From a virus, in IMG/VR virus record IMGVR_UViG_3300020472_000016, positions 1-64,000 of that record: a stretch of 64,000 nt of DNA. The stretch is one strand, 5' to 3'. Numbering within the stretch: position 1 is the first letter of the stretch; every line of letters begins with the position of its first letter. The notes beneath the pieces were generated by a model. It saw only the letters and a list, made by a program, of their open reading frames with translations. It made no database searches and was not told the DNA's origin. A program made the translations under genes and the position numbers. Below are positions 36,301 through 51,300 of the stretch, one piece after another.

Positions 36301-39300
36301 ATTTGAGGTTACTGCTCGTCTAGACGACTATTCGTTCTCTTATAGTATACCTACCCCAATGACTATTGTCCCACAGGGTAATATACTACTTTCTGTTGAC
36401 CTGAACCGTGGTAAATCCTCAGTATCAACTATTAATGAGGTAATTTCACTATTCACCTCTAACGTACAGAACTCTTTCTTTAATAACGATTACGTTTACG
36501 TTGCTGCCTCTGGATTGCCCAACTATAAGGTTGGTCCTTTCACTGGGTCTGCTATGATTCCAGGAAACCAGCGTAAACTGCTTCGTTTCCCTAGAACAGT
36601 CTCTACAATCTCCACAAGAACAGAAGTTGCTCCAAATAGTCCAATTGGATCATGGGTTAACGGTGTTTCTGCCTGGTCTTACAAATCTTCCGAGTTTGTT
36701 ACTTTTGGTCCTCTAACTGGTATCAATATCAATAGTGGTGGTGAAGATTATGATGCTGGATCAAAACCAGCACTAGAAATCACTGGTGGTGGCGGTACAG
36801 GTGCTTTAGCGACTGTAACCGTTAATGGATCACTCGATTCAGTCGAAGTTACTGCAGAAGGTACTGGATATACAGAACAACCCCTAATTTCGATTGTTGG
36901 AGGTGGTGGTACTGGTGCTACTGCTCAAGCTGTTGTTACTAACGGTAGAGTAACAAGAATTCTTGTAGAAAACCCAGGAACTGGATATACTGCTCAACCT
37001 ACTATATCAATCACTGGTGGAAACGGTGCTGGTGCCCTCGCTGTTGCCTCTGTAAGAGGTCCAATCAGTGCAGTGACCCTATCTAACTCTGGATCAGGAT
37101 ATACCTCAAAACCGACCATTAAACTGAACTCTGGTGAAGGTGCATTAGCACAACCCATCGTTATCAATGGTAGAATCGTATCTATCGCTATTATTAACTC
37201 TGGAGATGCCTATACTTCAGCACCTAAGGTTTATATCAATGGTGATGGATTTGGTGCTCAAGCAACTGCTATTATTGGAACAATTGGTGAAGATAAAGGT
37301 AAAGTAATCTCAGTATCCATTACTAACAAGGGTGTTGGTTATACCCAAGGTATGACATCCGTTAGAATGGAAGCAATCGGTCAATTAGCAACATTTGCTG
37401 CTGATGTGTACCAATGGAGAAAGAATGTTGAGTATGACTTATCATCTAAGTATGACGTTGCTCGTGGATACGTATTTACGGGATTTAATAACCAATACGG
37501 TGGCGAATACGCTCATGTCTCAGATCCTAAGGAACTACGTTATGTAGTTGGTGATAATGTATTCTTAAATCCTGCCACACAGAATTTCCAAGAAGTTCCA
37601 TCAAATATCGAACACTCTCCTATCATTGGATGGGCATTTGATGGTAACCCAATTTATGGTCCTTATGGTTACATTGATCCAACAGATCAGAACAGTGGCA
37701 TTCGAAGAATGCGTTCCTCTTACACTTTAAAATCAGAAGTTGTATATGATATTGACACCAACCCCACTCCAGCTAGAACTGACGGCCCAGCTCTTGCCAC
37801 ATATCCTGCTGGTAATTTCATCAACGATTATAAGTACACCTTCCAACAAGGAGATCTAGACCCTTACAATGGACGTTTCTGTAAGACTCCAGATTATCCT
37901 GCTGGTACATATGCATACTTTGTAACGATTGACGAGTCAGATGCTGGTATTCCAGTATTCCCTTATGTTATTGGTCCTGAGTACAACTCTGTTGTTGACA
38001 CATGGAACCTTTCACTTAGTGCTGTACAGGAGAACATTCCTGCAGACGTTGCACGTTTCAGAGATCCATATACTAACGTTGATATCGATATTGATCGTCA
38101 ACCTAACCAAGAATCTGATTCATTTGTAACTGAGAAGGAAGGAGACCTTCTTATCTTCGAAATTGAGGATATAGACGGTGATGCTATCATTTCACCTTCT
38201 GAAATTGCTAATGAGCAAGCTATAACTGAGGAAGCTGCTCTAGAAATCTATGATTACTTCCCAAGTGTCTCTACTGAGTCAAGAGTTGACATCGAAGTTG
38301 ATACAACGACTAAATTCGAGAATGCAAGGATTGATGGATTTGTTGTAGAGAATGCTGGTTCTTCTTATCAGGTAAATGACACTTTATACTTTGATAATAC
38401 AGGAACCGACGGTTTTGGTGCTTCTGCTATCATTGAGTCTGTACAGGGACGTACTATTAATGGATATCAGAAAGAAATCATTAATGACATCTCATATGGT
38501 AAAATTACGACTGCAACTGAGCACGAGTTAGTAGCACAGGATGAGATCATCGTTAATTCGAGAGTTATCACTGATAACACGAATAAGCGTTTCTATATGT
38601 CTGTTGTAACAGGTATCGAAGATATTACCGTTACTCAAGTTGGTATTGGTTATAATACTCAACTTCCACCGACATATGAGATTATTACCTCTCAAGGACA
38701 GGATATTAACTTTAATATCATCCTAGACGAGACTACAGGTAAAGTTGGTGAAGTTAACATCATTAACTCTGGTTATGGGTATGATGTAGACAATCCACCT
38801 CAAATTAGGGTTTCACATCCTCAACAATACAAGAAAACTTACTATTGGTTGTCTGAGTACTATGAAGCTGCTGGAAGTATAGAAATATTCGATATTGTAA
38901 TGGCAACTGACCGTTACATGTATGTTTGTGGTGAATTAACTCAAACTAATGGTGATACTGCTGCATTCCTTGCTAAGTTCACCGATTTGGGTGTAATGGT
39001 CTGGGATAGAACCCTTCTACCTAGTGCATCTATTAAGAAGGCACGTTGGAAGTCTATTTACCTTGATGAGACATCTGAAGAGAATAATCTTCTGTATATG
39101 ATTGGTGAAACCGAATCTCAAGGTACTGCGACATATAATCCAGATATTTTGATTGCTAAGTACGAATCTGGGTTTGATAACTCTAATGCACCTGAAGGTA
39201 TTGTTAGATGGCAGAAAGAGATCGCTGGTGTCTCTGGTGCAGCACGTAGAGACTATGCTGGTGACATCTTCATGGATGACGAGCAAAGAGTCTATATTTG

Positions 39301-42300
39301 TGGTTGGACAGACACTAATGCTGTAGATGCCTATGATATTTGGGTTATGCAGCTCAATAACACTGGTGATGTTGTTGAGAAGAGAAAATTCGCTTCTAAT
39401 AGCGAAGGTGAGAGAATGGAGCAACTCCATTACATCGGAAACAACAAGATGCTCTGGTGTGGTGTTGATCAGGACAATAATGACCTCATATTCGGTGAAA
39501 TGGAGTACGATGGTGCTAACATCGAACTCAACTATGTTAAGAGACTTGCTATAAGTGGTGGTGACGTAAAACGTCCTCGTTTCCAGATTGATGAGTATAA
39601 CGATCTCTTCTTTATCTGCGATATGTGGAATGGAACCAAATTCTATGGTTGTTCCTTCCTTAAGATTGCTTTAAATCAACTTTCCACAAACCCAACAACT
39701 CCTGAGTACTATTTCTCTAAGACTATCCAACCTAGTGGTAATTTTGAGTCTATTAATCATGCAGGACTCAGTATTGATGTATTTGGTAACGTTAGTATCG
39801 CTACTGATGTTAAGTACAGTGATAATGACTTACAAGCGGTTGTTATGTCGTTTAAGTACGATGGAACCCTTCTTAAGAGTACTAATATTAAGGATACTGA
39901 TGATATTGGATTTAAGACAAGAAATCATATTGTAGATAACTCTGGTGATGTTATTATTGCTGCTAATAAGCAGAAACCAATTCAGACAGTAGTCAATCGT
40001 TTTGATTCTGCACCTATCTCCTTTGCTGGTGATATTGCTTCTGGTGCTGCAACTGTTACTAATGTAAGTAATGCTACTAGTCTTGCAACTGGAGATGTTG
40101 TCTCAATCACCAGTGGTGCTGGATCAGTAACCCTTGCTGCTGGTGTAAAAGTTCTAACAGCAACTGGAACTACAGTAACTTTAGACACTAATTTCGGTGG
40201 TAGTGGATCTGCCACAGGTGCTATCCTTTCTGCAGTAGATGTTAGTGGTCTTATAGAAGATAGTAGTAAGCAAGCAAATACAACTGCTACCTTCTCAGAT
40301 GTAACTAAAGTCATGCATAACACTGCAGACTATAAGTTTGGTAGTGGGTCACTTAAGTTCTCTGGTGGTCCAACCTATATGAAGCATGCTGGTGCAGGTC
40401 TAACAAGTAATTGGACTGCTTCTGTATGGAGTTTGATGGAAGCATCTCATGCTTCTAACAACCCTAAAGTTGAGATGATCACTATTGATGATGCTTTAGG
40501 AAACGGTATAGTAGTAACAGTAGATGGTAATGCTGCTAGTGGTAACTTAGGTAAGATCGAAATGACCATCGCACCTCAGGGTGGTGGTGGATCAACTATT
40601 GCTTCTGTTGGATCTACTTATTGGACAACTTTACAAGATAGTGCATTCCACCATTGGGCAGTAGTTAAAGAGACACCTTCTCTTGGTTCTTACACCTACT
40701 CTGTTTATTTTGACGGTGTTCAGGTATGTACAGCAACTGTTGCAACTGAAATTGGTCTTAATGATCTTTATATTGGTGCTAATAAGACTTCACCTGCTAC
40801 TGGTAACTGCTTCTTAGGTAGTATCGATGATGTAGTTATCGAACCTAACTCAGTCTTTACTGGTGCTTCATTTACACTACCAACAACTCAATTTGCTATT
40901 ACCTCTAATAATTCTCAACTCAATCTAATCAAATTTGATAGATTACATGATAAGAGAGGTGCTTATAGTGCATTCCCATCAACAACATATACTAAGGCAT
41001 TAACATTTACAGAGACTAGTGGAATCAATGTTAACAATCTTACTAATCCTGTAATCACAGTTTGGGCAGAAGGTTCCTCTGGTTTACAGATCCTTGACAT
41101 GTCAGATACTATATCAACTCTGGCACCAGGAACTTATACATTTACCAATGCAACTCATCAATTTGCTTCTAAGACCTCTACAGTACCTTCACCATTAGGT
41201 GTAAAACTAAAAGTAGATGCTATTGTCATACCGAAGTACTATGTTAGAGATGCTGGATTCCAGAAGATTGATAACGTATTAGAATTCCAATTTAACCAAG
41301 ATGTCAGGTTTACTAAGGGAACTATACTACAGCAGTATAATTCTCAGGGTGTTGTACAGGCATATGGTACTATTGTTGAGGTTCCAACTGGTACTCTAGA
41401 TGAACCAGGATTGGGTGATAAGTATAAGATTGGTAAGATGTTTGGTAACTTTAATGATACCGATCTCTTTAAGAACAATACAGGTGAAGAAAATATAATT
41501 AAAGACGTAATTTTCCAGCCAGAACGGGCACAGGCCGAATGGTTAACTGCTACAGCATATACCACAGATGATCAGGTTTGGAGTGATGGTAAGATCTATA
41601 AAGCAACTAATACTGCTACTTCTGGTGCTACTGCTCCTACCCATGAGATTGGTAACGTAACTGACGGTTCAGTTATATGGCAATACATCAGTGCTGCTGG
41701 TCCTATAGAAGTTGCACTAATAGATCATCCATGGCCAGTTCCTTCCGAACCACTATGGCAAGCAACTAAATCTTATGCTCTTAATGACTTAGTTTACTTT
41801 GGTAGACAGAAGTATAAGTGTACAACTGCTGGTGTAACAGGATCTGTTGCTCCTACTCATACTAGTGGTACTGCTACTGATGGTACTGTGGTCTGGACAT
41901 GGCAGTCTCAATATGATTCTATACATGCTTATGCTAGATTCCGTCCATATGATGCTGGTGATTATAAGGTTAAGATCCTAGAAGTCTATAGTGGATCTGA
42001 CTTTATAGTTGGTGACGTTATCTCACTTGGTGGATCTGTAACTACTGGTCCTAAAGAAGGTGATCCTAAGATTGGTCAAATTAATGGTGTAACTACTGTT
42101 AAGAAGGTAGAATATGTTGTAAATCTAGATAAGGACATTATTAGAAGTGCTAATACACGTACTGACCTTATCTACTGTCAAGCACTATCTCCTCATAGGT
42201 TCCTTGCTGGAGATATCCTCTTTGTAGAAGGATTTACTACTGCACAGTTTAATGGTTCATTCTTCGTAGAAGAAGTGTTCTCTTCTAGAGACTTCCTCTA

Positions 42301-45300
42301 TAGAATGAGAAATGCTGCTGATAGTGAACCAGTATTCTACAATAATGCAATATTTAACGTTAAGATATCATCCAAGCACCCAACATTGATGTTGGTAAGG
42401 AATCACTCTTACGTTTTTGATATGAGTGATGCTTCCAACTTTGGATACTTCCTATCATTCTCCCAAGACAACCAGTTTAAACTTGAGTACTCATTTAACG
42501 TTATTGAGAGATCTGGAACTCCTGGTTTGTCCTCTAACACCGAGACTCCTATAGTCAACTTTACAATCGGTGGTGAAGTTACAAATATCACGTACTATTT
42601 TGATCCAAGCCGAACATTATCCTCTAACTCCCCAGTAGGCACCAACTCCTTCATTGACGTTATTAAGACACCATATGACGGAACATTTAAGATTGCTGAG
42701 GTTATAAGTGAGACTGAATTCAGATTCCCACTAGAAATCGAACCAGAATTTAATAATGCTGAAATTGGTTTAGATGATCAAGATAACCCCAATTCCTACT
42801 ATTCTACAACGTCTACGAAGGCAATTGGACCAATTAACACTATTAAGTTGATCTCTCCAGGTGGATTCTATAGGAAGCTACCAATTATCTCTGATATTGC
42901 TTCAGATCGTAAGATTGAGAAGATTAAGATCAAGAATGGTGGTACTGAGTATGCTGTTGGGGTATATACTCAAGTTCCTATTATTGGTGATGGTGAAGGT
43001 GGTCTTTGTATCATTACCGTCGAACTTGATGTAGAAACCAATTCTGGTACTATAACTGATGTTAATTTAACTGATCCAGGCAAAGGATATACATTTGGAT
43101 CGATTGATGTTGATGGTATTACAGGAATCTTAGGATCTACCCTATCTGGTTCTGGTGGTGAATTAGATGTCGTTATACCTGATGAAGGTACAGGTGCTTC
43201 TGTATTCTTAACTGGTACAGAGATTGGTAAGATCAAAACTCTTAAAAACAATGAATTTGGTTATGGTTACTCTCATGACTATACTTTACGTCCTGAGATT
43301 GCATTCCCAGTCAACTTACAACTCTTTAACACCTCAATTCTCTCTGAGATCAAAATAACTGACCCAGGTGCTGGATATACCTCTGCACCAGTTGTAGTCA
43401 TCTCTGGTGGTGGTGGATTAGGTGCTGATGCAGAAGCAATTGTTAAAAACAACAGATTGTCTGAAATCATTGTTAAAGACCCAGGTGCTGGATATAGTTC
43501 TCAACCAAGTGTTTTACTTAAGTCAGAATTTACATATGTTGTTAACTTAGACCTCAATTACTTACAGTTTAACTTCCCTCATGGTATAACCACTGGTGCT
43601 GCTATTCAGTTCCGTGCAGAGGATATTGGTAGTGATGTTGGTGAATTACCAAAACCAAGTAGTGTTGGTTTGACTTCATTGTCATCCACAACAATATACT
43701 ATGCTATTGCTGGTAACGTTGCTGGTTTAGAATCTGACCAGTTGAGATTTGCTTTAACACCTGCTGATTCTGAATCAGGTAACTATATTACTTTCTTAAC
43801 ACAAGGTAATGGTAGACAGGTGCTATTAACCGAGGTATTCGGTGGTAAAGCAGAAGCAGTCGTAGAAACTTCTAGATTCTTAGAATCTGAAGAAGTATTC
43901 CAAGGTGAGACCTATGAATTGGCAAATGCCTTCGGTACTGTATCAACTAACGATGGTTGGCAGATTGGACCTAAGATTCTTAAGGTTGTTAATCCTAAGG
44001 GTGTTTTTGTCAAGGGTGGTAAGGTTCAGGGTGTAATTTCTAGAGCATCTGGTATTATCGATAATGTACAGATTGCTAAGGGTATTCTAAACATTGATGC
44101 TATCACTAAGACCTCTGGTAGGTTTATTGATGACGTTGGTAAGCCTTCTGAGATTGTACAGAAGATTCAGGACTCTTACTTCTATCAGAACTTCTCATAC
44201 GTTATTAAGTCCCAAATTCCGATCAACCGTTGGAAGAAACAGATATTAGAGAATAACCACCCAGCTGGCTTTAATATGTTCGGTCAGTTGGAATTAACGG
44301 GCGGTAAGGACATCTCAGGCCGAAAAATTGGTACTGAGTTTACTAAGCAGGTAAACATAGATGAATACACGAATGTTAACCAAATTACGTCCTTTGGTGC
44401 TGCTCAACCGATCTATTCTACCTTTAACAACTCTGAAGTTTTATTCAGGAAGAAAAGACTAACAAACTCCGAGGAAATTCTAACTTCTATCGTTAAGAAG
44501 ATTGATAGCATTTCTGATCAGTTTGATGGTGCTACAAAGGCATTTAACCTTACTGTAGAAGGTGATCAGGTTATTATTAAAGAAAATCAGATGTTGGTCA
44601 CCTTAAACGGTGTTATCCAATCTCCTGGTGAAGCATATCAAATTGTTGGTAATCAGATCGTATTTGCTGAAGCACCACGTCCTGATTCTAAAGTTATCTA
44701 CAGAAATGTCGATATTACCGTTTTACCGATTAAGAGACTTAACTTAACTCAGATTGGTGGTATTTTCCCACAAATCGGTGATATCATCACATCTAAGTTT
44801 AATAACGTTAACTCAAGTGCTAAAGTCATTGATACTAGTACTAATACTGTTGATATCATCCAAATCATCGGTACAACGTTTGTAAACAACGCTAGAGTCG
44901 ATGTAAGTAGAACTGGGTTCAGTGCGTTCATTGGAAGCATCGATGACGTTAATCAGTCAACTATTTTCGAATTTGGCGAAACAGTTACTAAAGTTGATCT
45001 AGCTGGCGAAACAGCAATTATAGAAGAGACAAACCTCGATTTAGATGGTAATCTCGATAATAGTCTTGTACTTTCCAAAACTTCTGGTACTGCACAGTAT
45101 GAAACTGGTGCTTACAACATTTTACTCAATGATGTCATATATTCGGCAGGATCGAAGATTGCAGCTCAAGTAACTGGAATTTCACCTTATAGAGACCCAG
45201 TTACCTCTATTAACCTTGCACAAGCAGTTGCATTCGAAGAAGACCAATTAATCACTGGTGGAAGTTCTGGTGCTCAAGCACTAGTTGTTAGAGTGGATGC

Positions 45301-48300
45301 AGAAGCTAATCCACCTGTTCTTTACTATGTTAAGAAAAATACCCCCGATTTCGTAGATGGAGAAACAGTAACTAACCAAAATGCTGTTAATGGAGTTATA
45401 TCGGGTGAACCTAAGGTTGGGGACGTTGTAGACACTTTAATCATCAACAAAGGTTCTTCATTCTTTGGATTGGTCTTTGAGCGTCTTATTTCACTTTCTA
45501 ACCAGAATGTCATCCTAGATAACATTTCAGAGACTACAATTAGTCCTGTTGAGTTAAACAATGCAGCAAATCGTATTAACGCTGATTTCTTGGATTATGA
45601 AGAAGTTCGTTCTACAGAGATCGAATATAGCGGATTAAGTGGTGGTTCACTTGCCGTTAACGATGTTATCCGTTCTATCAACGTAACTTATGGTAACCCT
45701 GTAACTGACGCACTTAACAGATATAAGGATGCTGCTAGAAGTATAAGAAATAATAGACAAGAAATTATCGATTTTGCAACATCACAGATTGCAATTGACT
45801 ATCCTGGTTTCTACCACACTGGTGACAATCAAATTGCCCAAATGGGTAGATTTAAGGATGCTTATCGTTTAATCCAGAAGAATAAGGAATGGATCATTGC
45901 TAAGTCTTATGATGAGATGATTACTCAATATCCTGGTACTACTATTCCTAGTGCTACTAAGTGTAAGAGAGACCTTGGATATTTCATCGATGCTCTATCC
46001 AGAGACACAGGATGGGGTGGAACAGTCTATACACGTAAATTGTGTAATATGTTCTTCCCAGATGGATCTACCTTCCAATACGTTAATTCTCAAGCTAATG
46101 AGATTAACTATGGTTATGGTAAGGCATATGATCATATGGTCGAAGCACTTACTAACACATTAAGTGGTTCTGAGACAATCGATTCTGTTGCATATACGAA
46201 GTATAATGAACAATCTACAGGCGGTTCTGGTGGATCAGGAATTACTGCTGACCCATCTCCAGGAGATAACTACGGTACTTCTGGTTCTAACGCCACCAAT
46301 AATGGTCCTAATAATTGTGCTGATGTTACAGCAGCACTGAACACTCTTTGGACTAATGTATCAGAGGTAATACTCTCTGCTTCTTTAACTGACCTTATTG
46401 ATCTTTCACAACCTGTTGCACTAACACCATTAGAAACTAAGTGTACTCGTGACACTGGTTACTTCATCGATGCTATTGCTGATGACCTAGATGGTGATGG
46501 TAACTATTATATGGTTGAGTTCACTAAGAAGTTCTTTAATACTGACGGTGTATTCATAGGTCTTCCAGAAACACAGGAAGCAATTACAGCATTTAATGCT
46601 GCTAAGGATCTGTGTAAGAATGCAATGAGAAATATCATGTATGAGCAAACACTTGCTACTGCTGGATATAACCTCAATGATCCTACAACATATTCTGCAC
46701 CTTACTTAAACAGTTCTTCTACTGCCCAATATTACGATCCTAACTACTCTTCAGGTAGTAACCAAGGTGGTACTAATTGTGCAAACGTAGCAACTGCTAT
46801 TGACACATTAGCAAATATTGCAACTACTTCCTTCACAGGTGCTCAATTTACACCATCTGCTGCATCATACACTGCTGCTACTGGTGACTTAATTCTAACA
46901 ATTGGATCACATAGTTTGACAACTGCTGATACCGTTAGGATAGAACCTAATTCATTGACATTCACTTGTGCGATGGACGGCAATACTGCCAATAAGACAT
47001 ATCCTCGTTCTAGTGACCCAACCTACAACCAGCAGATTGCAATTACTGCTGTAGGTGCTACAACTATTACTGTTAACGTCGGTGCATCACCTATTGTTAA
47101 CCACACAGTAACTGGTGCTACTTACGACCCAGTATCAGGTGTCATGGTATTGACCATTGGTGCTCATACTTTAGGAGTTGGGGAAAGTATTAAGATTGCT
47201 ACTGGATCATTAACCTTTAGTTGTGATCAGGGTGGTACTGTTGGAACTGGAACTTATCCTCGTTCTACTGGAGCAAGTACTGGCGACGGTGAGGACTATG
47301 CATACGACACCGCTATAGAAATTACCGCCAAGACTGATACTACAATCACTGTTAACGTTAACGGTGGACAGGGTGCTGTTACTAACACCAATGCACATAC
47401 ATTTGTATCTGCTACACCTAACGGTATACAGAGTGGTGGTAACTATACACACACCTTTGTTTCTGCTGGTACTAACTCAGTATCTGAGGGTGGTGGTCTT
47501 GCATATATTAATTCACTCGCTACTGTTACCGATGGTACTTACGAGGAAGGTGAGAACATAAGGGTTTATAAGTTTGCTTATAAGGATAGAGCTGGACTTG
47601 GATTCTTTACTCCTGGTGATACCATTAAGGGTCATAAGTCTGAAGCAAACTTCTCATGTAAGGGTGCTAACTCTGGATTACGTTGGCTCTATACTAATGC
47701 TCTAACTGGTACATTCCAGAACAGAGAGTATATTACAAATACAAAACTTACAAATGTTGCTGGTGCATCTAACGTTACTGTTACACCAACAAACGCAACC
47801 TATGATGCTGCTACTGGACATTTAACAATAACAGTTGCTGCTCATGGATTCTCTACAGGTAATGAAGTTTCTATTGCTGCAAATGCAATTAGATTTACTT
47901 GTGGTATGGATGCTAATGCTACTCAGCATGATTATCCAAGACTTACTGACCCTGTTGCTAATAATGTTAGATTACCTATCATTAAGACAACAGCAAGTAC
48001 ATTTACTGTAAACGTTGGTTCATCTCCACTTAAGCATTACACACCAACTGGTGTTGATTATCAACCAGATACAGGTGTAATGTCAATTACCATTGGACCT
48101 AACAATCTTAACGTTGGTGAGAAGATTAGATTTAAGCCAGAGTCATTAGTATTCACATGTGACCAAGATGGTAACCAAACAGAGCATGCTTATCCAAGAA
48201 GTTCTGACCCATTCTATAATACTTCATGTAACATTGATGGTATTACATCAAGTACTTACTCAATTACTGGTGCATCATATCTTCCTGCTAAGGGAACTTT

Positions 48301-51300
48301 AAATCTTACCATTGCTAATCATGGATTCTCGAATGGTGAGATGATCAAGATTGCTGATAATTCATTAACCTTCACTTGCACGAACGATAATAATGCTACA
48401 AACCATACTTATCCAAGAACAACTGATCCAGCAAGTTATCAGTGGTTACCTATTTCAGTAGTTGATAATAATACTATTGGTGTTCAGATTGGTGTTTCTA
48501 CTGATATTTCAGTTCACACCTTTGTAAGTGCAACTTCTAATAATATTACGAAACAAGATGGTGGTGTTATCGTTGTTAATGTACTAAACAGTTCTCCTTC
48601 TACTAACACTACTTTACACACCTTTGTACGTGGTGAAGATGCCATTATCACTGGTGGTGACTATGCTCACACCTTTGTAAGTGCAGTATCTAACTCCTTC
48701 ACTGTATATCCAGCGAAGGCAAGATTAACTTCACTCGATAAGCGTAGTGGAAGTAACTCTCTAGTATTAGAATCAAATGCATATCTTACTCATGATCTAT
48801 CTGATGTAAATGCATTTGGTTCTAGCAACTTTACTGTAGAGATGTGGATCAAGGCCAAGGCAGTAACTGGTGGACAGTATTTGTTCGACTTCCGTACAAG
48901 TGGACTTAGTGAGACTGGATCTTTAAGTCTATATCTTGATGGTGGTAGTATCAAACTTGCTTACGATAGTGCTGATGTTATTAGTGGTTCTCATGGAATC
49001 AGTGCTGGTACATGGACTCACGTAGCAGTATCTAAGACTTCTGGTATTACTAAGGTATGGGTTGGTGGTGTTCAGGTTGGAACAGACTACAGTGACAGCA
49101 ACACTTATTATGAAAGAAAGATAACCATTGGTGCTGCTCAAGATGGTGCCAACTTCTATCAAGGTCATATTGATAATTTTATTATTACTAAGGGAGTATC
49201 TAAGTATCAAGCATCATTCACTCCTCCTGTCATCTTTACTACTAATGATGATATATCATTCTCTATGAGTAATGAGCATCCTATCATTATGAGTGATAAG
49301 GATAGTTATGCAACCTTCACTGGTACTACAAACTCTGCTGCTGCAGCCAAGAAGGTCAATTACGCTAATAAAGAAATAATTGTTGAGGATGTTCAGCTCT
49401 CTAGAGATGAGCATCGTAGAGCTGCTGATATGCTCGAACTTAACAGAGCATGGATTGCCGAAACAGCAGTTAATAAGATGAAGGCTAAGTATCCTGACCT
49501 CTTGATGCCAGGTGATACTGCTGATGGTATTGGTCCACAACAGGGTACTACATTCTGTTTAAGGGATACACAAGAGTTTATCCTTAAAGGTATCATAGAT
49601 GATATCCGTTATGGTGGTAACTATAACAGTACAATTGCTGCTAGATCTTACTTAACTGCTTATGAAGGTCTTGAGCATATTGCTAATGAAGTACTTCAGT
49701 CGATTTACACATATAGAGAATTAGCACCTATCTGTAACTATGTTCTAACAACTACAAGTACAGATCTTGAGAACTATGGTGTTGATGGTGATGGTAATCC
49801 TATCAAGTACACTGACATTCTTCGCATACCTAACAACTTCTCTTCACCTATAGCTCAGACTATTCAGGATGAGATTGTAGCACTTGGAGATGAGATTGGT
49901 GACATCATTGGACCTACTGGACAGAGGTTCAGAGATGCTGGTGATATGATCTGGAAGAACCGTGATGTAATTGCAAACGAAGCAGTAGGTTGGTTGGAAG
50001 CAACTTATCAGAAAGATATTAATGGTACTGTTTATGACTTCTATACAAACCCCAATGCGAACGCTAATAAGTGCACCCATGAGATCAAGACTTATATACT
50101 TCCAGCTATCGTTGCTGACTTGGTTACTGGTGGTAATTCTGGAATACGGAACGTTACCGCCAAGTTCCTAAATGCGAATGGCGAACTCTATTCTGTTGAT
50201 AATGAGTTAAGTGCTGTATTGGATGTATATGAGTATGTTGGTAAACTTTGTAAGCATGCAATCAATAACACTCTAGTAACTAAGGGTAGTACTGCTGCTG
50301 AACTTGGTGTACCATCTGAGTATCAAGATGATTATCATGTTAACGAGTATACCGAACTGACTGTATACAGAGATGATACCATTACTATTGACTCTGAAGG
50401 TTACAATGCTTTCAGAACTTCTAACGATAGACTGTTAGATGCTGCAGATATGCTTGAGCGTAATGCTAATGTCATTGCTTGGGAAGCAGTTCATACCATG
50501 AATGATCTATCGAAGTATCTTAACTTCGGTGTTCCTGATGGTGCACAGAATTGTGTAGATGATGTTCTCGATGTATTAGGTGCTGTTGTTCATGATATAA
50601 GAAAAGGTGGTAACTCTAAGACTTGGGATGCTGCTAGTCTCTATCTTAATAAAGAAGATAAGTCTCTTATCCAGTTAAATGGTCGTCAACACACTCATCA
50701 GTATGTAAGATCAGAACTTGACGCTATTTACACTGGTGGTAACTACGATCATACCTTCGTTACTGCTGCTACTAACGCTGTAGTAGATGATGGAAGTAAT
50801 AATTTCACTCCAACTAACGTAGTTTACACTCCTGGAGACGGTAAGTTAGTTATTACCATGCCTAATCATGGATTAGCTACATCAAATACTATTACTATTG
50901 CAGAAGAATCACTAACATTCACCTGCTCAATGGATGAGCATGCTTCGAAGCACAAGTATCCAAGAAAAGGTGACCCTGCATACGGTAAATCTATTGCTAT
51001 TCTTGAGACTACAATCTCCACAATCACTGTTAACGTTGGTGCTTCACCAATAGTTAACTATAATGTCTCCAATGCTGACTATAACGCAGTAACTGGTGAT
51101 CTAACAATGAACGTTGGTGCTCATACATTGCAACCTGGTACTTCTATTAGGTTCAGAGATGGTGCTTTAACCTTCAGTTGTGATAGAGATGACTATGCTA
51201 CAGAGCATTCTTATCCTCGTATTAGTGATCCTGTATATAATACCTCTGTAAATGTCTCTAGTGTTGGTACAACCACATCTACACCTACCGATGCATCATA